Positions 1 through 19,936 of a stretch of 64,000 nt of DNA are shown here, one piece after another (positions within the stretch are counted from its first letter, which is position 1; each line of letters begins with the position of its first letter). The notes under the pieces were generated by a model. It saw only the letters and a program-made list of their open reading frames with translations, had not been told where the DNA came from and made no database searches. The position numbers and the translations under genes are program-made. The DNA comes from Octopus vulgaris (taxonomy: Eukaryota): positions 46,996,001 through 47,060,000 of the forward strand of contig OX597828.1 in NCBI GenBank assembly GCA_951406725.2. Reading direction: 5' to 3'.

Positions 1-576
1 ACGGAGCTGGCTGTTATTTCTAATATGTGGAACGCCAACATAAAGACGTCATGTGACAAGTAATTGCGACTCCGTTGAACACGTATCGAGCTGGATCATC
101 AGCGTGTGTAACTTAACAACAGTCATGTAACGTCAGCAATGTAACATAGACTACATTACATGCTGTTACTACTGTAACAAGTATTGTGGAACAGGGTGTG
201 ACGTGTGCTGGGTAGCATGGTTGTGCAACATAGCTTGTTAGAATGTAAACTAGTACAATCTACGAAGTTTAGCTGTTACGGACGTAACATTAACGTGACA
301 AACAGCGACCCATTATTTTGCCCACTCAGTAAGGGTTTTATTTAATTCATGATACATGATAACCTGTATGTATGCATGTGAAGATACACGCACGCGCGTC
401 GGGATTCCTTCAGTTTTCGACAACTAAATCCACTCAAAAGGTTGTGGTCGACCCGTGGTGCTTTAGTAGAAGAAACCATGCAGTGGGACAGAACCCGGAA
501 CCGTGTAGTTAAGAAGCAAACTTCTTACAATATCACACACACACACCTGTATGTATGTGTGTGTGTATGTATGTAT

Positions 577-624
<48 letters not shown>

Positions 625-1656
625 ATCAGTTATGGAACAGTAGTTATCTTGTGTGAGTAACAAGGGACAGGCGGAAGCAAAATATGAGAAAGTTTTCTAA
701 ATGAAAAAACAAAAAAAAAATGCAGTGTATTTGAGGGAGGGGGAGGAGAAAAGAAGCGAATAAGTAACCTGCTTATGATTGGTTGTGAAGGAAGAGGAGG
801 AGGAGGAGTATATTATAGTAAGTGTTCGGTTGTGTGAGATGGAGGTGGATTTCTTTAGGGTGGTCGTCGTAGTGGTGATGGTGCCAATATTGGTATGGGT
901 GGAAGTGAAGAACGGGAGTGGGGGAAACAATGTGTGAGGTCGGGTTAGAGGCTAAGGTAGCACGGAGAAACGGCGTGTGCGCGCGTTTGTGTGTGTCTGT
1001 GTGTTTTATATAAAGGGTAGCAACGGAGTGAATGATGAATCGGGTATGGCCGAGGCTGGTTGAGATGGAGTAAAGGAAGCGAGACGCAACCGGGTACTGA
1101 CTGGATGATGGTGGGGGTGGTTAGCTTAAGGACTGAGTTTTCATGTGAATCTGTTTTGTTTGTGGGGTGGATTGATGGGGTGGGGGCGTGGGAATTGTGG
1201 AGAGAAGGGTAGATAGATGGATAAGTGTGAGGTTAGTGAGAAGGTAGGTAGGTAAATGTATAGGTGGGTAGATGTAAAGATAAGCGGGTAGGTAGATGTG
1301 TTCAGGGTGGGGAGAAAAGAAAAAGGAAAAAAATGGTAAAGCAGGGTAGTCATGTTGTTTGGGAGGTTGGGAAAGGGTGTGTCGTTTTCCCCTCTCCACA
1401 TAATCAGACACCTCCTATTCACTCTCTGGAGAGAGAGAGAGAGGGAGGGAGGGAGTGGATGGATGTGGAGGTATGTTACGGTGTAATATTTAGCTGAAGA
1501 ATTCGGTCACACAGTTCTTACTTCCTCTCTCTCTCTCGCGTCTCTTCTATCTCACACACACAGCTTTGTCTGTCTTTCATTTAACCACACACACACACAC
1601 ACTCTCTCTCTCTCTCTCTCGCACACACAGTATCTGTTTCAAACATGCACTCTCTC

Positions 1657-1760
1657 TCCTCTGTCTCTTCTCTCTCCTCTGTCTCTTCTCTCTCCTCTGT
1701 CTCTTCTCTCTCCTCTGTCTCTTCTCTCTCCTCTGTCTCTTCTCTCTCCTCTGTCTTCTC
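1657..1760. repeat. 18-bp CT-rich minisatellite
   Basis: CTCCTCTGTCTCTTCTCT x ~5-6. Confidence 0.9.
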
Positions 1761-2732
1761 TCTCTCTCTCCCTCTTTTCCTCTGCCTCTCTCTCTCCCTC
1801 TTTTCCTTTGTCTCTCTCTCTCTGTCTCTCTCCCTCTTTTCCTCTGCCTCTCTCTCTCCCTCTTTTCCTCTGTCTCTCTCTCTCCCTCTGTCTCTCACGC
1901 AACCAAACCTTCTGTCTCCCTCCTTCCTTCGTAGTGGAGAAGCTATAATCAGTCGATTCAATCTCAATATATTTCTGGTACTTACTACGTTTCGATCCGG
2001 AATAATGAAGTCAAGTGTGATGGAGAAAATTCAAAAACACAATTCCCTGCTTTGATTTGAAACCTGAATGTTACAGTTCGAAAGTTATCAATACATATCG
2101 ATATTTTGAGCCACCGTTCTACCGTTTCTGCCAATCAGCTTGACACCAAAAATATTGCATTGTTGTTTCTTTACGTGGAGGCACCAGTCTATGATGTTAG
2201 ATATGGCCGAGTGGGCCCCCATGGAATTCCGGGTTCAAGACCACTACGTAACATCTTGGGCCAGTGCAGTTACTCTAGCCATCAGGAATATTGGAGAGGG
2301 GTGAAGTAGACACAGGTGGAGGTGTGGATGCTCGTTAAGAATTCCGTTAGAAGGAATGTATCAGATTTAACCTGAACCACCTACATTGGTTCTGCTTAAT
2401 AACGTTAAGGGGACACATGTCTGTGAAATACTCAACCACTTGCGCGCTTATACAATGGGCAGGTTTAGTTAATCGAACTAAATGATCATCGTCGAAAACG
2501 ACGGGGTATCCACCGTCTTCATGTATTGAACGGTAAGCTCGCCTTTAATCTCAAATGGTTATTATTTTATCTGTCCCGGAAGATTTAGTCGGGGAGAGAT
2601 TTAAACAAAACAAATGCAAAGTAACTCGTGACCCTAAAAGGATAAATGTAAATTCCACAAGATGTTTTACCCACCACTCTGCTACCGATTCTAGCAGAGC
2701 AGGTGAAATATCCGTATTTGAGAATTGGATAT

Positions 2733-2950
2733 ATATTTCTTTACTACCCACAAGGGGCTAAACGCAGAGGGGATAAACAAGAACAGACACACGGATTAAG
2801 TCGATTACATCGACCCCAGTGCGTAACTGGTACTTAATTTATCGACCCCGAAAGGATGAAAGGCAAAGTCGACCACGGCGGAATTTGAACTCAGAACGTA
2901 ACGGCAGACGAAATACGGCTTCGCATTTCGCCCGGCATGCTAACGTTTCT
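2733..2950 (-). mobile_element. tRNA-derived SINE family B (GTCGACTTTGCCTTTCATCCTTTCGGGGTCGAT core)
   Basis: Same unit as the 33878 and 43611 arrays; other copies near 3163, 14130, 15325, 23810, 27000, 27241, 28050, 30530, 36827, 63095. Confidence 0.85.
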
Positions 2951-3605
2951 GAATTGGATATAGGTTTACTGTCTTTTAATACCAGCCTAGAATGTAACTG
3001 GTATCGAGTGATTACATCAACATCTCACTGAAACTTAATGAAAATATAAAGTCACTTTTCATTGATAGTTAATGTCAACTGGATTTGAACTTAAGTATAC
3101 TGTCACGGGGCTTCGCATTTTGATTAGTCAGGAAAAGAAAGAAATCGATTAGATTTCAATAAGGTAGCGAGCTGGCAGAAACGTTAGCACGCCGAACGAA
3201 ATACTTGGTGGCATTTTGTCCGTATTAACGTTCTGCGTTCAAATTCCGCCGAGGTCGAGTTTGGCTTTCATCCCCTTCGGGGTCGATGAAATAATTAACA
3301 GTTGAGCACTGAGGTTGATGTAATCGATTTACACCCTCCCCCGAAATTACTGGCCTTCTACTAACAAACATTATTGGTGCATGACTTATTTATAATCAAT
3401 ATCGGAAGAGAGTGATGGTGGGGGGGGGCATATCTGAATTAAAGATGGAGACCAGATATCCGAAGACGACACGATACGATTCAGTTTTAATCCTCGACCG
3501 AATATCTGCTAGCAAAGAGGCCTCATTTTCATTAATCGTAATAATACGTTTTTATGTATTCGTATATATTGTGATATCAACCCTTTCAAATTCTGGAAGA
3601 TGTTC

Positions 3606-3695
3606 TTTATATAAAGTTATACTTTCTAAATTGTCCAACGGAGGTTTTATTATTGGTAAGAGTTGTTAGTAAAACACTTGTCATTATTGACGTCA
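3606..3695 (+). promoter_or_regulatory. Possible ASMT-like promoter / non-coding exon: TATA-like box, donor at 3656, palindromic CRE TGACGTCA at 3688-3695
   Basis: tttatataaag 3606-3616; TTG|gtaaga; TGACGTCA. Confidence 0.25.
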
Positions 3696-3803
3696 CAAAC
3701 CGTCTGTGAAATTTGTTCTAAACATTGGCATACTCAGAAATATTCTGAAATATTTCTCGTTTGATATTTTCGAATTATTTTTTAATTTTTTTTTGTTTTT
3801 CAG

Positions 3804-4024
3804 AGCAGCGAACGCGGAAAGTTTTTAGTAAAACATTAAATCACGGACAGCATTCGATTTTTTCCGTCCAATAATTTTGCTTCTTTTGGAGGATCTGGGG
3901 TTAACATTTTCACAAAATTCCTAATAGATGTATTTACTTCGAGTTTCACGTTTTCAAAAAATGTTCACATTCTCCCGAGAGTTTATAAAATTCTTCTGAT
4001 TTCACCAACATGCAATTCTCGCTT
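3804..4024 (+). CDS. Candidate first coding exon of the ASMT-like gene (5' UTR + ATG 4010, MQFSL, phase-0 donor)
   Basis: Strong acceptor ttttgtttttcag at 3803; CAAC-ATG context; CTT|gtaaga donor at 4025 is phase 0, matching the 12696 exon; in-frame DFTNMQFSL resembles DYANGFMVSQ of ASMT exon 1. Confidence 0.4.
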
Positions 4025-4837
4025 GTAAGAATAACGTTTCTAAAATGGATAGGTGGGTTAGATGGAGTGCATTCGTCCAACGGCATAACGTCTGTCGTGT
4101 TTACAGAAGATGTGGGTTCAAATCCCACGACAGCCTTGGACTTTTTTTCTATCCAAAGTGATTTTCGACCCAATATTTACGAACTATTTATAATAGCTTT
4201 AAATTGCACTGTTCACCACAAAAACAAAAACAGCCTTAATAAATCTGATACATTATATATCGAACTCGAGAGGTTCTGGGTTCAATTCTTTCGGCAAAAC
4301 GCTATTTTCTATAGTTTCGCTTTGATCAATACCTTGGATAGAATTGGGTAGACGGAGGCTGTATAGAAAAGCCTATCGAGTGGATTATACCCGGAATTCA
4401 AAAGATACAATACAGGTCATACAGTATATTATGTTGATTCTGCCTGATAATAACGTTAAGGGTACATGCGACTGTGGAGTACTCAGCCACTAATTAATGT
4501 GATATACGTCTGTATGTATATATGTGTGTCTATATGAGGAGGAATGTATGATATTGAGGAACATGGTGATGACAAGATGATGACGGCCACAGTAATAATT
4601 ATGGTGGTGATGATGATGCTAGTGGTGTTGGTGGTGGTGGTGGTAGTGTTGGTGGTGTTGTTCTCAGCTAGAAGTATCCGACTTTGACATTTTACGTAAG
4701 TCTGGAGAGGGTGGGAGGTTTCGGGTTGGCGGGTTGGTGGGGTCAGGTTATTAAGCAACGCAGACACCACATCACCCCGGCATTAAGCGCAGCGTCTGGC
4801 TAGACAGACATAACACTCAACGTCATCACCGCCTTCG

Positions 4838-4870
<33 letters not shown>

Positions 4871-5208
4871 CTCTACCACTACCACCACGACCACCACCAC
4901 GACCATCACCACAACATGACCCGGCAATAAGCGCAGCGTCTGGTTTAGATAGATATAGTACCACCACCACCACCATCACCATCTCCCCTCTCACCCTAGC
5001 AACACAACCACCACCCGATACCAATGCTACTACGGCCACCGTTTTCATCAATCCACAGTGTCGCACGGCACCAAAATGTGTTACAATTTCTCCCATACCA
5101 ACACCAATCACTACACAAACACACACACAGTCTCTCTCCCTCTTCATAGCTATACACCTTGCCAGACACTTGTACACACGCATATATATATATAATATAT
5201 ATATATAT

Positions 5209-5239
<31 letters not shown>

Positions 5240-5269
5240 ATATATATAATATATATATATAATATATAT

Positions 5270-5309
<40 letters not shown>

Positions 5310-5739
5310 ATATATGTACATACATGCATAGTCACAAGAATCACATTCTCTTTCTCTATCTCTCTATCTCTCTCTCTATCTCTCTTTCTCTCTCTCTCTC
5401 TATGCTAACATGTACACATAATTTGCTAGCTGCCGTTCTAGACTGACTGGAAGAGTTTTCTAGGTAGTCTGGGTAGGGGGGAGGCGGACGAAGGGGGCGG
5501 CGAAAGGGACAGAATTTAGATTGAGGAGGAGGTGAGTGGGGGGGGATTGAGTGTTATGAAGTTATGTTGGCTGGGTGGCTGGCTGGCTGGTTGGTTGGTC
5601 GGTCGAGTTGTCTGTTAGTAGTTTGGTACATTGAGGTAAGATGTGTGCGGCGGAGGGTGGGAAGTGGTAGACGATCAGGTGTGTGTGTGTTTGCAGGCAT
5701 GCACCTCTCACTCTCCCTCTCTGTTAGTGTAGAGATAGA

Positions 5740-5879
<140 letters not shown>

Positions 5880-5938
5880 CATACACACACACACATACAC
5901 ACACACACACATATACATATATATATATATATATATAT

Positions 5939-5997
<59 letters not shown>

Positions 5998-6001
<4 letters not shown>

Positions 6002-6156
6002 AGTGGCTGTGTGGTAAGTAGCTTCCTTACCAACCACATGGTTCCTGTTTCAGTTCCACTGTGTGGCACCTTGGGCTAGTGTCTTCTACTATAGCTTCGG
6101 GCCGACCAAAACCTTGTGAGTAGATTTGGTAGTCGGAAACTGAAAGAAGCCCGTCG

Positions 6157-6208
<52 letters not shown>

Positions 6209-6390
6209 TACATCGCTTGACAACCGATGCTGGTGTGTTTACGTCCCTTAATTCAGCAGTTCAGCAAAAAAGACCGATAGAATAAGTTCTAGGCTTACAA
6301 AGAATGTCTTGGGGGGGGGTCGATTTGCTCGACGAAAGGCGGTGCTGCATCATGGCCACAGTCAAATGACTGAAACAAGTAAAAGATAAT
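5998..6390 (+). mobile_element. tRNA-derived SINE family A (CORE-like central motif), with internal TA/TG microsatellite
   Basis: GGAGTGGCTGTGTGGTAAG head, GGTTCAGT box B, CCTTGGGC.AGTGTCTT motif; many copies in the window. Confidence 0.85.
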
Positions 6391-6398
6391 ATATATAA

Positions 6399-6434
<36 letters not shown>

Positions 6435-6525
6435 TTACTCCTTGTCCAGATTTCTCTATTTACTGTGACTGAGACAATTGGAGATTAATTTTATAATTAT
6501 GATGTTGGGAGGTGGTAGTCTGGGA

Positions 6526-6556
<31 letters not shown>

Positions 6557-6831
6557 TAATACAAATTACATATAAAAGGATAATTTATGTATACGCATAT
6601 GCATCCACATTTTGTGTGTGTGTGTGTAGACTTGTGAGCGTACATAAATTATCCTTTTATTTGTAATGTGTACACACGTGTGGACGTGTGTGTGTGTGTG
6701 TGTGTGTGCATAAATCGTAGCACTCTAGATATGGCTATTTCTAAGCTTATATATGTACGTGAGAGCGATTGTATATGCGTTAGTGGTATAGCTGTATATA
6801 ATAAAACGGTGTGTTTATGCTGAGCGTTCTG

Positions 6832-6898
<67 letters not shown>

Positions 6899-7271
6899 GC
6901 ACACTCTCACTCTCTCACGCACACACACGCGCACACGCACACACGCGCGCACACGCGCACACGCGCGCACACGCGCACACGCATACACACACACACACAC
7001 ACACACACAGCTTTTTTATTTTTCTCTCTTCTCTCTCTCTCTCTCTCTCTCTCTCATACACACACAGCTTTCTATCTCTCTCTTTCTCTCGCGCGCTCTC
7101 TTTAGTCTGTCTGACAGATGTTAGGCCACGTGACTCTGACTGGGCGGGGGATTACCATCACGGAACTATTAAAAGAATCACTGGCTGCCGTCTCCTCGCA
7201 GACTGCTTTGATATCTGTTACATCATTTCCACAGGTCTTTCACTATCACTCCTCACACTTTCTCACCCCAC

Positions 7272-7306
<35 letters not shown>

Positions 7307-7568
7307 CACCCTCTTCCCCCTCCTCCTCCTCCTCCATGTCTGGGAAATTTGTCTGTCTGTGTGAGGGCCCGTGTGTGATCTCGGTGTGTGATCTTCGTAC
7401 GTTTTCATGTTGCCGTGTGTGTGTTTGTCTTTGTGTGTGCGTTTGTGTAAGAATCAAAAATTTGAATAAACTATTTTTTCACACTTATTCTGTGTGTAAA
7501 TTGATGAGTGTGTCTGCGTGTGTGTAAATAGTACACCTGTTTATATAGATATGCGCGTGCGTTTGGAG

Positions 7569-7594
<26 letters not shown>

Positions 7595-7600
<6 letters not shown>

Positions 7601-7663
7601 GCACTTACGCACACATTTGCATACACACACACATATATATATATATATATACACGCACTTACG

Positions 7664-7700
<37 letters not shown>

Positions 7701-7822
7701 GCACTTACGCACACATTTGCATACACACACACACACATATATATACACACGCACTTACGCACACATTTGCATACACACACACATATATATATACGCACAC
7801 GCACTTACGCACACATTTGCAT

Positions 7823-7874
<52 letters not shown>

Positions 7875-7900
7875 GCACTTACGCACACCTTTGCATACAC
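7595..7900. repeat. Minisatellite CACGCACTTACGCACACATTTGCATAC separated by variable CA/TA tracts
   Basis: ~6 copies. Confidence 0.9.
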
Positions 7901-8132
7901 ACACACACACACACACACAAACACGCACACACACAGATGTATATTGTGTGACAGCAATTATTCACATATGCATCTATGAGGTGTGTGTATTCACATATAG
8001 CGATGTGTATACATTGTGTACATACGTATGCACGTATACAAAACAAATGGATGGATGGATGGAGGCTGGATGTATGAGAATGAGTGATAATCACCGGCGC
8101 GGCTGATAGTGACGCATGATGCTTGTGCGTGC

Positions 8133-8170
<38 letters not shown>

Positions 8171-11109
8171 CAAATGTATTTATCACTGTAGATACGTGTG
8201 TGTGTGTATATATATGCGTGAGTGTGTGTGCAAGTCTGTGTTTTGTGTGATAACCCGAGGTGCCAAATTAGCTGACACATCCACAGACTGCCTCAGTCAT
8301 TCAGTGCCAGACGGAGATTGACGATGATTTTCGGATCAAATTTTCGCTAATCACATATGATGATACATTCCGTCGTTGTTGTTGTTGTTGTAATTATTAT
8401 TATTATTATGAGCTTGCACTGTATCCTGTCAAAGTTGACTCACATTCTCGACTGTCGCGGGGAGAAGGGCAGCGGCTTGAATTTTATTTTTGAGATCAAC
8501 TGATTTAGCATTTTCTCTCAATCTCTCTCCTTTTCACACACACACACACACACATATATACACACCACCATCACCATAGAACTCCTTTCGATGTTATTTC
8601 CCACACTTTATGTGTGTGTGTATGCATGTATGTATGTAAGTATGCAAATGTGTAAATGTGCGTATATGTGTATGTACACGCATCCGTATATACAAATATG
8701 TTAGTGTATATATATATATATATACGCATATTGGAAGTCTGCACCTACATAGATTGACTTCTGATAGTAGTGCGAGTGTGTATATACATATTACATATGT
8801 ATGCGAGTATATATATTATCAAGGTTATGTTATCAAATTATCGTCAGTGTTACGAAGCTGAACTCTTCACTGGGTCTTCAGATACATTTAGTACCATAGT
8901 TCGTGCCTAGCTGACTAAATCCGTCTTCAATTTATTTTATCTCCATCACCAACACAGGTGCACAAAATACACACGCACAGTAAATGTAAATTAAAGAGGC
9001 GGTTTATAGCATTTCTTATTTTAAGGTCTACAACTTGTATATTCGAGATGTGTGTCTAGGTGGTAAGGTGACCGGGGTGACTACCATAAGGTCATGGGCT
9101 CGATTCCGGGTCGCTTCATGTTGCTTCATACCACTCGCGTGGTAAAACTGCGTCCAAAGGCTGACAAAGCTTCAGGTCAGTGCTATCCTGGTGTGACAGT
9201 TTTATTGAGCCAATAGAATTACTCGTAAAATACTACAGGATACAACAGACTTCTTCTCGGTGACCTCTCCCGTCGCTTCGACAAATGAGTTCATTTGCTG
9301 AACAACTTGCACAATGAATACTATAGTGAATATATATGGAATATTTGAATATAATGAATATTATAGTGAATATAGTTTGTGCAGAGCTAGTCCCATTCAC
9401 TTGTCCCTTAAACTTGTATTGATCTGGGCCAACCAGTGCTATAAACGCAGTGCTTCTCAGGATGCCGGATTTGTATGAAGTTCCCTTATCTTAGATGGGC
9501 AGCTAAAGACCTGAAGGACCTCATCTGTCTTGGATCTGTAGGAGTGTCTGCAAGTGACCTTCTTCCGGAGGCAATTCCTTGATATGCCAATTAACCCACA
9601 GGTACTACTGGCAAGCAGTATTACAAGTCACAGTAGATCTGGGAACAAGAGTTATTAAGAAGTGGTTTTGCACTTTTCGGAACTCCCAAACCTCGCCTTC
9701 TTTTAGCTTAGTTTCAAATATGCATATTGTAATGGTTAGGAGGACAGGCTTTCCGTTGTAATATCGTGCACTCGAACCATGTGCTGACGGCACAATGTGT
9801 CATCGAATAAGACACTTCCTTGTAATTTTGCTCTAGTACACTCATCTAGACGCGAGTTCCAACAACTACCTCTGGGTTTAAGCTTATGAAGGACTGGTGC
9901 CCCGTCGAAGAAAGGCTTTCAAGGCTACAAGTAACCATTGCAAGTTTCTGTTATAAACTATCATGAGTGTATAACTGGATATATCTAGAAATCGTATTTT
10001 TCTATGTTCCTTACTCCTTTATAAGATGGCAGGGTTGGATTTGAGGGAAATTTAGCTGCTATTTTTCCAAGATTAGATTACTACATAGCAGCTTCTACAT
10101 TATTTTATGTGCCCAATATTTAGTCTAAATGGTGCTGTTGGTAGTACTATCTTGTGGAATAGTAAGTGAACCTCGATCGGAGGGATCTCTGATCAAAGAC
10201 TTTCAATTTTCAATCATCCCGTCCTTTTACGTCTTTTTTTGACATAGTATATCTAGCACGAGAAGGCGCATAGCTCAGTGGTTAGAGTTCGAATCCCGAA
10301 ACGGGCTGCGTGTTGTGTTCTTGAACAAGATACTTTATTTCATGTTGCTCCAGTTCACTCAGCTTTAGAAATGAGTTGTGAAGTCACAGGTGCCAAGCTG
10401 TATTGGCCCCTTTGCCTTTCCCTTGGACAACACTGGTGGCATGGAGAGGGGAGGCCTATATGCAGAGGCGACTGCTGGTCTTCCATTAAAATAACCTTGC
10501 CCGGACTTGTGCCTGGGAGAGTAACTTTCTAGGTGCAACCTCATGGACAGTCATGACCGAAGGGGGTCTCAGTATATATCTAGCACTGCATTATCCAAAA
10601 TGACAGTTTTGTTTTCAAGATAATAGGATATGATTTGAAAGCGACTCTGACTGCTATTTCAGGCAGGTCAAGTATTTATTTAATGGCTTCTTGGAGACCT
10701 TGATTAACTGTAGAATAACGTAGATCTGTCAAATTGACTCTACAACCCGGTTGTATTCTAGACACGCACCTATGCATAGACGTGCAGACACACATGCACG
10801 TACAGTTATACGCTCGCACGCACGCATGCGTACACGGTGTTGCATTTAAGGTCAAAAACACACAATATTGCTAGCGCACGCAGTCTCGAGCTCGGACACA
10901 CGTGCGCGCTCACACACACAGTTATAAACGTACACACACAATTCCGTGCTCACACGCATATACGCGCACACAGTTATGAAGGTAAACACAAATTCAGTGT
11001 GAGCGCACAAGTCGTGCACGGACACAAAATATGCGCATGCGCGCACGCATCTACAGTTATGAATGTACACGTGCGCGCACACGAACATACACTCTCTCAC
11101 ATCGAAAGA

Positions 11110-11380
11110 CAGAGAGAGAGAGGCACAGAGAGAGAGAGAGGCACAGAGAGAGAGAGAGGCACAGAGAGAGAGAGAGAGGCACAGAGAGAGAGAGAGGCAC
11201 AGAGAGAGAGAGGCACAGAGAGAGAGAGAGGCACAGAGAGAGAGAGAGGCACAGAGAGAGAGAGAGGCACAGAGAGAGAGAGAGGCACAGAGAGAGAGAG
11301 AGGCACAGAGAGAGAGGGAGGCACAGAGAGAGAGAGGCACAGAGAGAGAGAGGCACAGAGAGAGAGGGAGGCACAGAGAG
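11110..11380. repeat. (AG)nGCAC minisatellite
   Basis: 16-18-bp units. Confidence 0.9.
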
Positions 11381-11840
11381 AAAGGAAGAGAGAGAGGCAG
11401 AGAGAGAAAGACAGAGCGAGAGAAAGAGAGACAGAAGGAAAGAGAGAGAATGAGAGGATGTTGAATACCAGTCAGTCGGTTAGCGAGACATGGAGATTTA
11501 TGCAAGAAGAAATCCATCTTTTCTGTTTAAGTGTTGATAAATCAGTCATGTACAATATATCAAGAATTGTCACCGAGCTCGTAATGTAAGGGAGATAACT
11601 CTCAGTACAAAATAAAAACCGAATAAAATTATCGAAGATTTAACGGAAGCTGTCGTAGTAGTAATGGTGTTGACAATTTTTATTTAACACTAGGTAGATC
11701 ACAACAGAGCGTACTTATAATTTAAGGCATTCCAGCCGTGACCATCCTGCATCTTTATGGTTATGCTAGACCACATCTAATGCAGTCTTTGTCTCCCTCA
11801 CCACCTGCCTTCGTCTTTTGTTTATTTTCGTATACTCTTT

Positions 11841-12237
11841 ACTCTTTTGTTTCAGTCATTTGACTGCGGCCATGCTGGAGCACCGCCTTTAGTCGAGCAA
11901 ATCAATCCCGGGACTTATTCTTTGGAAGCCCAGTACTTATTCTATCGGTCTCTTTTGCCGAACCGCCAGGTGACGGGGACGTAAACACACCAGCATCGGT
12001 TGTCAAGCAATGCTAGGGGGACAAACACACACAAACATATACACACACACTTATATATATATATACATATATACTACAGGCTTCTTTCAGTTTCCGTCTA
12101 CCAAATCCACTCACAAGGCATTGGTTGGCCCGGGGCTACAGCAGAAGACACTTGACCAAGATGCCACGCAGTGGGACTGAACCCGGAACCATGTGGTTGG
12201 TTAGCAAGCTACTTACCACACAGCCACTCCTGCGCCT
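11841..12237 (-). mobile_element. SINE family A, full length
   Basis: Reverse complement of the 28759 copy. Confidence 0.85.
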
Positions 12238-12695
12238 AATCGGCTGTTATTTCTTGTAGATTGAAAAAGTTATCTTTATTTTCGGGAAAAATTCTGTTCT
12301 GTTTCCGACCTTATTGCTTCTGCATTCCTCCACTGTTAAATAATTTTTTTCTTTTTCAATTTATTTTGCGCCCTTCCTAATTTTAACAACCCTGGCAACT
12401 GAGAGCTGATGTGTATACGTCCCCGTAAGCTAGCGATTCGGCAATAGAGACCGATAGATTAAGTACTAGGCTTACAAAGAATAAGTACTGGGGTTGTATA
12501 TAGCGCATGTTTAACTGACAAATTCAGTTGACAAAACATCGCTATCCCCAAGTATAACAATAAAGCAAACCTTGCTCTGCGGTATTTCTTGCCGATCTTT
12601 CCGTTACGAGTTCAAATCTACCGTGATCAACTTTGTTTTTCCTCACTTTTGGTGTCTTGTTTTAATTCTTGTTTTTATCTTTTTATCTTTTACAG

Positions 12696-19524
<6,829 letters not shown>

Positions 19525-19526
<2 letters not shown>

Positions 19527-19530
19527 TAAA
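19525..19530 (+). promoter_or_regulatory. AATAAA polyadenylation hexamer overlapping the stop codon
   Basis: TTT TAA TAAA; further AATAAA copies followed by a GT-rich stretch near 22380-22460 could be a distal site. Confidence 0.3.
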
Positions 19531-19618
19531 AAAAAAGTATTAAAATACAACAAACAATTGTACATTCATACACGTATCACATATACATACATATATTCAT
19601 ACATACAAACATGACTAT

Positions 19619-19667
<49 letters not shown>

Positions 19668-19880
19668 TTCAATTGTGTATGCTAGGATATATATACATAC
19701 ACATTAATACATTTGTGTATGCTTGTATATAAATATATATATGTTTACGCATTTGTTTGAACATTCTTATACATACACTCATATGCAATACATGAAATTG
19801 ACATTTAAGACATCTACATATGTCTGATAATACATGCATACACACACATGATTTGCATGGATGCATACATATGTACGTGC

Positions 19881-19936
<56 letters not shown>

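Noticed and set aside
3412-3669. GGFIIGK as ASMT exon 1
   Set aside because: The donor at 3656 is phase 1 in that frame, incompatible with the phase-0 acceptor at 12696, and there is no GT after the Lys codon.
7118-7234. Coding exon of the ASMT-like gene
   Set aside because: Has AG/GT ends but no similarity to the methyltransferase N-terminus in the frames examined.
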